Positions 1-11,558 of a stretch of DNA of 64,000 nucleotides are shown here, piece after piece. The notes under the pieces were generated by a model. The model was not told the origin of the DNA. It did not search any database and was given only the letters and a program-made list of their open reading frames with translations. The translations under genes and the position numbers were made by a program. Numbering within the stretch: position 1 is the first letter of the stretch; each line of letters opens with the position of its first letter. Location of the stretch: assembly GCA_045837725.1 (NCBI GenBank), contig JBEWZL010000236.1:124001-188000 (forward strand). The letters run 5' to 3'. Source of the stretch: Vermamoeba vermiformis (lineage: Eukaryota).

Positions 1-952
1 GTTGCACAGCTGGCCGCACAGCTTTGAGGTGCGCGAGTGCGTGGGCGAGGGACCAGCGCTCACTGTGCATCACTGCTGCCACGCACACTGCTGCGGACCG
101 AGACACCCCGGCATTGCAGTGCACCACTACCCCTCCTGTGCGCGTGTGAGTGCATTGTGTGGCAGTAGTAGTGTTAGTCACGCACCTGCTTCGCGACCAA
201 GGCGGATCCACTCCAAACACTGCGGCAACACGGCAAGCAGATCTGTCTCGTCCACATCAAGCACTGGCACTGTGAGGTACTTAAAGAGCTAAATTGTAGC
301 ATTAGCACGAGTCAAGAGCAGTGCTAGTACTGCACCTCTGGGAAGAGCGGCTGCAGATCTGGCACCAAGTTGAGTACGTGCGTGATGCCGAGCTGTTGTA
401 ACTGCTGCGCATCGGTAACACAGTCTTGACTGCCTAGTGGTAGCATCTATTGTAATTATATATCGATGGGCAGAAGGTGCTGTGCTCACCGATAAAGAGG
501 CCTGGCAACACCTTGTAACACAGCGGATCTGGCTTGCTGGAGGCGTGTTAATAGGTCCTTATAATACAACAGTGCTCTATTAATTACGTGTCTATAACAT
601 AGCCATGACTCGCGCCTTCTTCCACGACACTGTCCCCATCCATGACAACGCTGCACCAGTTAACAATGCCCAGCAGCACTCAGCACGCACTACGTACCTC
701 TTGCCGCTCTGATAAGTGATGCGCGTCTGTTGGTGCTTCAGTTGGGACTGGGCGAAGTCTTTGAGCTGTTCTGCCAGCGACGCAGCTGACACCTCCTTGA
801 CTGTAAATGTCGGGGGTGCTGGACACGCATGATTGTGTTGCATGCTAGTAGTAGTAGTGGTAGTGGTAGTGTTGTGCACTCAATAATAATAAATTATACT
901 ATAGAACGGGTGTTGTGTGCCTCATACCAGGGCAGGGAAATTTAGCTTCCAT
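1..952 (-). CDS. DUSP19: Atypical dual-specificity phosphatase, DUSP19-like (3' end runs off the window)
   Basis: Spliced translation: SLAEQLKDFAQSQLKHQQTRIT...LFIG|SQDCVTDAQQLQQLGITHVLNL...VVVHCNAGVSRSAAVCVA...LKAVRPAVQ. It has the HCxAGxSR catalytic motif and a DUSP19-type N-terminus. The start is ATG 952 (short first exon) or ATG 843. Confidence 0.85.
845..873. repeat. Short (TAG/TGG)n microsatellite, probably intronic
   Basis: ctagtagtagtagtggtagtggtagtgtt. Confidence 0.6.
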
Positions 953-1243
953 TTCGCGTGAAAATAAGAACCACGCCCTCGCTTGCACGCACTACCACAA
1001 CTGGACGAGAAAACTCGATTGTAGCTGCATTCGTGAGCGCACTAGCACCAGTCACTGTTGTCTATGAGCTCTCGCAACTCGGTAACATTGGAATTGTTAA
1101 TTTTTCGTAATTTTTTAATGCTCGAAATTAAATGATTGCGACAATATATAATTGCACTGATCATTTAAATAATTGTAATGATACTAATAATTAATTTATT
1201 TTCTTAGGATTACAAATCCGGTTTATTTCGCGATCTAAGCACC

Positions 1244-3239
1244 ATGAACACTAATAATACAAACACTCCACCTCCACCCTATGTAAATACAAATCCACTC
1301 GCGCAGTCCGCGAATGGTCCTATATACACCATGTCCTATCTGCACCTGTCCTCACTGCGCGACAGTATCGATGAAGATCCAACCCCGCTCTATCCACAGC
1401 TGCAACAGCCACGCACGAGCACATCACCGCCACACTCCGCAGCACCCACGCAGTACTACACCGTCACTACGCGCAGTGCTGACCACTATCAGCCCCCGCC
1501 ACCGCGACCAGATCTGCCCCCGCTGTACAGTCACGTGCTGCAGAGCGGTGCCCCGAGTGTGTTGAGCACGCAGTATCAGCAGTACTTGACGCACTATCAG
1601 CACCAGCAGAACGTGCTGCACGCGCACTCAGTCGACGAGCACCTCAAGGCCCTGCAGCGCGAGGCCAAGTTCCGCAAGTTCCAGCAAGAGCAGATTGAAG
1701 AGATGCGCCGCATTGAACTCGCGCACGAGGCACGCAAGCGACAGTTGAGCGAAGAGCACAAGAAACAAGCGCAGCACAAGGGCAAAGAACTCGCGATACG
1801 GTGCAGCGAGACACAACTCGCGGACTTCAAGCGCGAGGCTCAGCACGTGATCGAAGCGTACCACAAGTGCGACACAGCCTCGACACCGCTGTGGCAGCTG
1901 ACTGCATTCACGGTGACTGCAGCTGAGGACCGATTGGCCACGCTGTACAGCAGTCGCGGACACTTCGACGCCAATCACCCGAGGTACGTAGCTGTCATTC
2001 TGTGGTGCGCACTGATTGACACGTGTCACATGTCAGCTTGCACTCCGACTGGCTCGTGTTGTCAGACGATGAGTCGCGCATCGTGACACTGCCGCAAGAC
2101 GACAATGCAGGTCTGGCGCAGTCCATTCGAGTGATGGAAGACAACAAGAACACGCAGTTCCTCACCGCACTGCAGTCCAACACCAGTGTCGCGCGATTGA
2201 GAGCCCTCGCCCTCGCGGTGGGAGTGCCGCATCAACACCGCGCAGAGATCTGGGCACGACTGCTCGGACTAGTGGGGCCTGATCCCGCCCAGTGGCACCA
2301 GCAACTGAAGCAGCGCCGCGATGCGTACGTGTCGCTGGTGAGTGCCCTGAGTGGCGCGATGAGTGCTGAGAGTGTGGTGCAGCTGCAGATGATTGCTGTC
2401 GATGTGCCGCGCACGCATCCGCAGGGCTGGGGACTGTTGTTCAGCGATCCAGTCATGCAACACTCGCTGCAGAGGGTGCTGCTCGTGTGGTCCGTCAATC
2501 ACCCACAAGTAGCCTATTATCAGGGCCTCAATGACCTCGTTGTGCCGCTGTACATTGTGTACATGACGGCGTGTCTGGGTCCGCTGAGCGATGACCACGA
2601 CGAGTACGTGCACAACAAGCACATTCACTACTTGCTGCCGAGCATCTTGCCGCTCATCGAGGCCGATGTCTATCACTCGCTGTGCATCATACTCGATCAG
2701 CTCTTGAAGCACAACAAGATCACGATTGGTGGCATATACGCTGAGCACATGGTCTCGCGTCTCGCTACACTGATGCAGCTCGTAGACAGTGCGTGACTAT
2801 CAATGTTATGTGTATATATATCGGTGCTCATCTCTCATTTCTGCAGAGCCGCTCGTCGATCACATGCGCAGCGAGGGCATGGAGTTCATGTTGTTCGCAT
2901 TCAGATGGCTGCTCTGTCTCTTCACTCGCGAGTTCTCCGTGCCCAATCTCATCTGTCTCTGGGTGCGTACTATCATAAATATGTGTATATATGCCACTAA
3001 CACATGCACAGGACGCGTTGATTGTGGATGGCGAGCGCGGCTTCGGTGAGTTCCCCGTGTACATTGCCGCTGCCTATCTGCGCAAGGTCGCTGAGCCGAT
3101 GCGCGACAAGTCGATGGCAGAGATGTTCCCGTACTTGATGCATCATCAGCCCTCCAGGACCTGGTCTGCGTATGACATGCACCTCTTGGTACAACTCGCC
3201 AAACAGCTGCGCAACACGCATCCGAATGTACACAGCTAA
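1244..3239 (+). CDS. TBC-domain Rab GTPase-activating protein (TBC1D22/Gyp1-like) with a Pro/Gln-rich N-terminus
   Basis: Motifs GVP..HRAEIW, IAVDVPRT (Arg finger), YYQGLNDL (Gln finger) and FAFRWLLCLFTREF. Introns are near 1984-2036, 2789-2846 and 2962-3011. Confidence 0.9.
2017..2028. promoter_or_regulatory. Intronic palindrome TGACACGTGTCA (copy 1 of 4; others at 19205, 37637, 62457)
   Basis: Perfect 12-bp palindrome inside the first TBC intron. Function unknown. Confidence 0.4.
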
Positions 3240-3983
3240 GATACTATTGTACAGTTGCAGCATTCTTGTTTATAATTGTAAAAAGTCATTATTATTTACA
3301 CCAATATTTTATACACTGGTTTTGGATCCAAAACCAATTCCCACATCCAACCCCCGAGTTAATTTCTTTATGACATTTAAAAGAACCACTTCAGCTATCT
3401 TGGACGCCAAGGAGGGGTGAGAACATTGCCGTGCGCGAGAAGGAGCAGATCCACCAGAGCTACAGGCAGCACTCTTGCGAATGGCCGAGCTCAATGGCAG
3501 ATCTACTCACAAACTCGCGGCGTCAAAGCTCAACAACAGATCCCTGACACAGCTCTATCATCAGTGGTATAGTTATATTAAGTAATTGCAGTCTAAGGTT
3601 TTCCAAAGACTGAATGATAGCGAGTTCAAACTTGCGTTTTTATGTCAGATCCGATCCCGCAACTGTGTGGGACAGAAAACTCTTCAACTTCTCGTCGGTT
3701 GCGAAAATGTTGGACCCCGTACTCCAAATTATCCGTACTTATCAATAACAGATCCTACAACGTATCTCCTTACTTCGCCGTCTTGTTAATTCAAAAAAAC
3801 GATCCAGGATCGTTATTATCAATTATATTAAATCTGTTATTTATTATTTGCCTCTCCTTTTAAATTGTTATACAATAACAATTTAGTGATCATAAATTAC
3901 AATTATTCCATAGAATTTTCATTAATTTTTAAAATGGATCGCGATCCAAATACTAAAATTACTTTTTTATTGTTAATTACAGT

Positions 3984-6052
3984 TTAGAGATGAGCTTGCA
4001 AAGCGTTGTGAAAGGGCACGTATTCGGGGATGTACATGCAGCGCTTGACGTACTCGATCAGATCACCCTTGGGCAATTCAAGCTGCGCGAGACCCTCTTC
4101 AACAGCGGTGCGATAGACATCAGCGGCAATTTGAGCTGAAATTTCGCGAATCTTGCTGAGAGGAGGGTAGATGCGACCTTGAGCGAGGTCCTCTTGCGAA
4201 GTGCAGTTAGCGAGAGCGCGCGAAGCAGCATTGATCATGGTGTCGGTGATCTTGACAGCCTGACACAACCAAGCACCATAGCCCAGACCGGGGAAGATGT
4301 ACATGTTGTTGCCCTGCGCTGGGTAGTAGATCTTGCCCTCGAGAGTGACGGGATTGAAAGGACTGCCTGAAGCGAAGATGCAGCGGCCCTGTGTGAACTC
4401 ATACGCAGACTGCGCGTCGCACTCCGAGTTCTTGGTGGGATTGCTGAGTGCAAAGATGATGGGACGCGCGGAGTGTTGCGCCATCATCTTGATCATGTCG
4501 GGAGTGAATGCACCGCCCTGGCCAGAGAGACCAATCAGCGCGGTGGGCTTGACGGCAGCAATCACATCGCTCAACGAGTGCACGGCATCGGTGCTGCGGT
4601 AGTCTTGACGCGCCCAGTCCACTTTGTGCGACTCCAAGTGCTCTCTGTCGCTGGTCACCAGACCCTTGCTGTCGCAGATGTAGAAGTGACGACGCGCCTC
4701 TTCTTTGCTCATGCCTGCCTCTTCGAACAGCACCATGATCTGACTCGCCACTCCCACTGCCGCTGAGCCTGCTCCTAGGAACACGATGCGGTGATCGCGC
4801 AACTCGAGACCTGACAGCTTGACAGCATTGATGAAGCCAGAGGTGACGACAGCCCCCGTGCCCTGAATGTCGTCGTTGAAGCAGCGCACTTTGTTGCGGT
4901 ACTGGTCCAACAGCTCGAAGCAGTGGTCGTTGCTGAAGTCTTCGAACTGCAGCACGGCGTGGGGCCACTTGTCCTTCACGGCCATGATGAACTCGTCCAA
5001 GAACGAGTAGTACTCTGCGCCCGTCAAACGAGGGTTCTTCACACCCATGTACACGGGGTCGTTGAGCAGCTTCTGATTGTTCGTGCCCACATCCAACAAC
5101 ACGGGCAATGTAGTCGCGGGGTGGAAGCCAGCACCGACAACATAGAGCGCGAGTTTGCCGACAGGAATGCCCATGCCGTTAGCACCCAGATCTCCCAGAC
5201 CCAAGATGCGCGAGCCGTCAGTCACGACGATGATGCCCACATCTCGATGAGGCCACTCATCTAACAACTTGCGAATGCGACCGCGGTAATGATGGCTCAA
5301 GTAAATTCCTTCAGCACTGCGCCACAAATGACCAAACTTCTGGCAGGCTTCACCGACAGTCGGGGTGTACACGACGGGGCACATCTCCTCCAAGTGACCC
5401 AACAACATGCGATAGTACGCCGTCTCGTTGCGTTCTTTCAATGATGCCAAGTAAACATACTGCATATATGAGGATTAATAAAGTGCACAAGTGAGAAACA
5501 TCAACAGTAGCTAGCATTGATATACAAACCTTGTCGATCGGAACTTGGAATGAACTGTACTGGACGTAGCAACGCTCCAATTGTTGATCAATAGTCTCAT
5601 GAATAGGAGGCAACATCATGGTAATGCCCAATGCCTCTCGCTCTTCAGCAGTAAAACCTACGAGCACGTAAAAAGATCGCGTTAAAAACGAGCCGTTGAA
5701 AAGATTATGAATCAAATGCTCTAAAAAACACGCCAATATTATAGCAGTAATATAATATGTATATCCGTGTGGTTACTATGATTAAAATCGCACCTGTTCC
5801 CTTGTTGAATCTAGGGTTACGCAGGATGTTGGCCTTGTTCTTCTTCATGCCCTCAAGGAAGATTTTAATGTCATGCAAGTGCTGCGCAAATATGATTAGT
5901 ATACATTGTTAGTAGAATAAGAGTTAAATCAGACGCACTTTTGCCTCGTTAATTTGATGGCGGACAGCTTCCTGCTCGTTCACAGGCAACAGATTCGCTT
6001 GACCGTGCACTTTGGCAACATTTTCTTGATATTGATTGAGTTGTTGCTCCAT
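3984..6052 (-). CDS. Malic enzyme (NAD(P)-dependent malate dehydrogenase, decarboxylating)
   Basis: Motifs PVVYTPTVGEAC, VVTDGSRILGLGDLG, QFEDF, FNDDIQGTG, GAGSA, IFALSNPT and QGNNMYIFPG. Short 5' exons (LRNPRFNKGT|GFTAEER) lead back to ATG 6052. Confidence 0.95.
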
Positions 6053-6268
6053 TACTGTAGTCTAGTCTGCTCACGTGGTGTCGTGTTTGGCGGATCTGGA
6101 CTAAATGATATTTTCACTCCGCAAATTAGTCTTGTGACCATCACATCGGAGACTGCAAGAGAATTCAAGTGATTTTATATTCGTTGCTCTCCAATAGCCA
6201 CCTATTGATAGCGTTATTTGAAACAGTTTGTTGTCTAGTCAGAGAAAACAGATCCAAGAGTTTTAAAA

Positions 6269-7779
6269 ATGGAAACGCGTATTAATGATTTTATATTGGC
6301 TCTTAAGAGAGGGTACGTGTAATATAAAGTAGAACCAATATTAGTTTTTGTTGGAAATTAATTACAAAAAAAATTAATAATTACATGTAATAATATTTTA
6401 TTTGAGAATACGCTAGATCCCGTTTGTTTATGATACAAAATTAACACGAAATTAATAGTAAAATCACTGGTTCATATGCCGCAGCAAAAGAGACAGCAGA
6501 GATCTTGCGTACTTTGATCGGTCACACGCGCTGGTCAAATGCCAAGCACTTGATTGAGATCATTAAATCTGTCGGCAAACGCATGACACAGGCCAAGCCT
6601 ATGGGTAAGTTGTTGCAGTTAATAAAGGCGTTAGCTGATCACAAAATCAGAGCTCGCTATTGGCAACATGATCCGTCGTGTGTTGTACTTGATCCGCGAG
6701 GAGTACACGCAACAGCAAGATGAACAGCCTGCCGCGACGCATGTAAGTTCATATATATATATGCCTAGTGTATGCTCACCACAGCTAGGACTTGCTGCGT
6801 CGTTCAAGCACCTTCAGTCTGGGTGCATCCACTCCCGCGCTGATTCAAGTGCTCGAAGAGGGTGAAGGCGAGACTATGGACCTCTCAGTATCATATGGTA
6901 AGTCACACAGTCCCCTGCACTGACGCTCATCAGTGCGCTAGGCAATCTCAAGTCGAATATCTTGGAGGGCATCAACGAGCTGATCGAAGAGCTGGGCTCG
7001 CTGTACAAAAACATCGCCGATCAAGCGCTCGATCACATCCACGCCAATGAAGTCATCATGACCTACGGCAAGAGTCGCACGGTTGAAGAGTTCCTCAAAG
7101 CTGCTGCTCGCAAGCGCAAGTTTGAAGTGATCGTCGCTGAGTCTGCGCCCTCGTAAGTGACACTCCTGAGCAATGGAGTCACGTGACTGACGACCAATCA
7201 CACGACAGCTACATGGGCCAAGAGACCGCCCTCGCCCTCTCCAAGGCCGGCATTGAGACCATTCTCATTCCTGACAGTGCAATCTACGCCATGATGGCGC
7301 GCGTGAACAAAGTGATTGTAGGCACGCACGCAGGTGTGTAGTCGTTATAACAACGATGGCGTTATATATATCACCTACTAAGCCTTGTCAGTGGTGGCCA
7401 ATGGAGGGCTGATCTCGCTCTCGGGCACGCACATGTTGGCCCAAGCAGCCAAGAAGCACTCAGTGCCCTTTGTAGTGTGCACAGGTCTGTACAAGTTGTG
7501 TCCGCTCTATCCGCACGATCAAGACACCTTCAACGAGCTCATGTCGCCACATGAAATTCTCAAGTTTGAGGATGTGGACACGGTAGAATACGTCAATGTC
7601 AAGAACCCTGCTTGGGACTACATCCCTCCTGAGCTGATTGGTCTATATGTTACAAACACGTATGTTATCTGCATGTTGATACTAGCGCGTACTGACGCTG
7701 TAATAGGGGCGGTCACAATCCTTCGTACATTTATCGCCTGCTGGCTGAGTACTACAACCCTGAAGATCAAGATGTATAG
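6269..7779 (+). CDS. EIF2B2: Translation initiation factor eIF2B subunit beta
   Basis: [90 protein letters not shown]. Confidence 0.93.
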
Positions 7780-7962
7780 TCTTATATAGCGATATAGTTG
7801 TTAATTATTAATAAATATCCTGTACATTGCGCGAGTTGTTTGTAAAGTCAGTCATCACGTGCCTGAAGCGCATCAGTGACGTAGCGTGAGCTCATTTGTG
7901 CTCAGACAACATATGAACTCAAACACAGTGCCCTACAATTGAATGCATTAACACCACTAGTC

Positions 7963-10326
7963 ATGTCCCAATATCGTCACTTCAGAGATTTGGCGCGGGT
8001 AGGACACGGCGCACTGTTGGTGTTTGAGCGTATTTTATCCAAGCCTGGCAGCCACAAAATAATTAAGCAAAATATTGCCATTAATTCAGCGCACAAACTA
8101 TTTCCTGATACAAATACGAAACAAGAAACAAAAATTCAGTTGGGTAGTACAGCACCATCCGCCTCTAGTCAGATCCCTTCAGCGACAAATACAACAATAT
8201 TCACTGAAAAATCGCCTATCCAACCACTCAATGATAAGCTGTCGGTGTCTTCAGTTGACACGCAGACAGATCGTGCCCGCACTAGAAATTTGGTAATACG
8301 TGTTGATACACACGAATGACTTCCGTCTAACACCATACTATATAGGAGCTCAATGGTGATGCCCGCGAACGAGCGGTGCCATCCACGCGCATTGGCCGAA
8401 TGTGGCATTTGGGAGGTCTCGCAGCTAGTGTTGGTGCAAGTCTCATGGGCCAGCGATTGAAGCGATCAGTGGGCCTGGGCAGCGATGCAGACCCTGCTGC
8501 TACATTCTTCAGCGAGTCTAATGCCAAGAAGTAAGTGCCCCAAGGCATTGGGTGGATCTGACCGATTATAGGTTGGCTGACACGTTGTCGCGACTGCGCG
8601 GAGCAGCCCTGAAACTCGGTCAAATGATCAGCATTCAAGGTACAGTTTGGGCCTATTATTAAACACGACGTATTGATTTGAGCAGATGAAAATTTGTTGC
8701 CACCACAATTCGCCGCGTTGCTGGAACGAATGCGCCAAGGAGCTGACTTTATGCCCTTCAAACAAGTCGAAGTAATACCATTATAATTGCATTCTCACAA
8801 TACAGGCTCAATGATATTGTAACAGAAAGTAATGACGAGTGCTTATGGAGAGGATTGGCGCGACAACTTTAAAGAGTTCAACGAGCGACCAATCGCAGCA
8901 GCATCAATAGGACAGGTACGCGGATTATAGTGTCGGTGTTATATAACACTCGTGTCAGGTACACAAAGCAGTGTTGAAGAGCGGTCAACAAGTGGCAGTT
9001 AAAGTGCAATATCCTGGTGTGGCCAAGAGCATTGACAGTGACTTGAATAACCTCGCGAGTTTGTTGTTGTTTTCAAATTTATTGCCACCAGGACTGTTCC
9101 TCGAAAAGACTATTGAGGTTGCTAAGAAAGAATTGGGCATGGAGACTAATTACGAGAACGAAGCAGCCAATCAAATCAAGTACAAAGAATTAGTTGCAAA
9201 TGGTATGCAAGCTGACTGGCAGTACTTTTGTTGATTATACTTAGAGAGGAGCTTCTACGTGCCTGTTGTCTTCAATGAGCTGACACGCCAGCAAGTGTTG
9301 GTGACTGAGTTTGTCTACGGTGAAAGCTTTGAAACAATCGTCAAAGAGACACAAGAAGTGCGCAATTGGGTTAGTAATCACGCATTGAACAGCATCATCG
9401 ATGTTAATCAGTTGTAGGTGGCTTACAAAGTACTAGAGTTGACATTCAAGGAGCTTTTTGAGTTTAAGTTTATGCAAACGGATCCAAACTGGTCCAACTT
9501 CTTTTTCAACCCTCTGAAGAAAGAGGTTTGTATGCAATTCATCTAAAACGAAGCTAATTTAAGTACAGATTATACTGCTAGATTTTGGAGGTTGTAGACA
9601 ATTCTCAACAGCTTTTGTCGATGATTACATTCGAGTCATTCATGGAGCAATCGTTGGCAACGACAAGGAGGTATTAGAAGCATCGCAGAGGTTGGGCTTT
9701 TTAACAGGAGAAGAGGACGCAGTCATGCAAAAGGTAACTACGAAGGATGGTGTCATTGCAGAAGTCGTCAAGCAAAATAACAAGGTTCCATGGTGTAGTT
9801 GGTTATCACATCTGCTTAACACGCAGTAGGTCCTCGGTTCGATTCCGAGTGGAACCATTTCTTTTTTGCTTTTCTTTTTGCTCACCCCCCTTCTGCACTT
9901 GTTTGCTTTTTATCGTGCCCCTCTCTGTATGACTTAAAAGTTTTGAATTAGGCTCACGTGGGTGTGGCCCGTATGTTGGGAACGCCGTTCAAAAAATCTC
10001 CTCATCCCTTCGACTTCGCCAACCAAAACGTATGTATACGTTGTACTCTGCTCGTTTAACACACTACGCACAGATTTCCAAGGAAGTAGTGTCACTCATT
10101 CCAACAATGAGTCAACATCGACTCGCACCACCACCCGAAGAAACATATACCCTTCACAGGTACAAATATTATTAGATTGGTCGTTCATGAGTGCTAACAC
10201 TTCTTTATCTACAGAAAGCTATCCGGTGCCTTTTCTATTTGTACAAAGTTGAAAGCCAAGATTCATTGCAGTGACATATTTTGGAATATTTACAACGAAT
10301 ACAAGTTTGCTAGCGGAGTGAAATAA
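7963..10326 (+). CDS. COQ8: COQ8/ABC1 (ADCK3/4) atypical kinase, mitochondrial
   Basis: [85 protein letters not shown]. Intron 9734-9951 hosts a tRNA gene. Confidence 0.93.
9740..9924 (+). repeat. tRNA-Val cassette, copy 1 (185 bp; near-identical to 12584-12767)
   Basis: Direct comparison shows identity except one C in a C-run (6 vs 5). Confidence 0.95.
9784..9857 (+). tRNA. tRNA-Val(AAC), within a COQ8 intron
   Basis: Acceptor stem GGTTCCA/TGGAACC plus A discriminator, A box TGGTGTAGTTGG, anticodon loop TTAACAC, T arm CTCGG-TTCGATT-CCGAG, followed by T-runs (Pol III terminator). U27.U43 is mismatched. Confidence 0.97.
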
Positions 10327-10327
10327 A

Positions 10328-11092
10328 TTACTCTTGATTGTCAATTGCATTTCTGTGTGTAATTTTGTTTAATAACTTCCGAGCAACTCGTTGCACAGCG
10401 GCTAAAATGTATGGGAACTGCGCAATCGGCTCGACTGATAACACACCAGTCAATGACAAGCGACACAACAGCGAGTACCTGCGCGTAAAAGAGTTAGAAG
10501 AATTGCGACACGGTGAATCTGCAGCGAGTACTTGTAGTATGAGAGGGTCCACGGATTGTACACAGCATTGCCATGCTGCTTCGCGAACATATTGCGCTTA
10601 TAATTTGTAAACATTAGCCGCTCGAGCAGTGTCTTCAGCACCGTTAATATCGCCCCTGAGATGAGTGCGCTGTACACTGCTTGCTTGCGATCTGTTCGCT
10701 GCTCAGTGCCTTCTTCGTCAAAGTAACTCTCATAGGCCACATAGCGCACCACACCAACCTATGCGCCCAATTAATCTGAGTGATTCACCAGCAGTTGGAT
10801 GTAACTTACGACTACAAAAGATAGCAGAGACTTGCGCAAGTCAAAATTGAACACTACGGGCAGCAAACTGACAGCGTACGAGAGTGCGTGCGTGAGGGAC
10901 ACGAATTCAATGTCGACCAAGCGCAGTGTCGAGTAGTCCAGACGGCGCACAGGAATCAATCGCTCTGACACTCTACTCGCACATCAATATCTCGTTGCAA
11001 ATACAGGTGTAGCTGTTGTTACCTGTGCTGTTGCAGGCCTGCATTCCACGATTCAATGCGACGCCTGTGCCGTTCTTGGCGCTTGAATTCAT
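10328..11092 (-). CDS. Hypothetical membrane protein
   Basis: ATG 11092 and splice-consistent exons (ORFs 10771-10971, 10450-10752, 10328-10552) with several hydrophobic segments. No family recognised. Confidence 0.55.
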
Positions 11093-11558
11093 TTTCACGC
11101 TGCTTGTGCTGATACAATTCAAAGTACAATTGCTTTTGATTCGTATTCCGTTCTAAGTTGCAATCTTCCCACGTGTTAATAATAAAATGGTGCCATAATT
11201 GATTATCGTCCGCTAATTTGTTCCTAATAATCCAATAATTAGTAAATTATGCCTGATTGCATGTTATGAATTATGTTAATAATTATTAATAATATCTTCA
11301 ATATTGATGTCACAGCGCCATCATACCACCGCACGGAAACAAGCTCGCAGCGAAGAATTTGTTGTGGCGATAGAAAAGAAAATACGTAGCAAATAATTTC
11401 CTCGGGTAATGTGTCCATCGCTGTGCGACAAAAATGACGAAGTAAATTTCGGCGCCGCTTATTTCCGCTCAGTTCTTTGGCACGTGCCTGACCTCACCCG
11501 ACGAACTGGCCAGTTTCATCTTTCAACGCTTGCATCGACAACAACAGCACTAATAAGA

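Noticed and set aside
9640-9932. ORFs '[20 protein letters not shown]...' and '[10 protein letters not shown]...', repeated near 12470-12920
   Set aside because: These are spurious translations of the tRNA-Val cassette on both strands.
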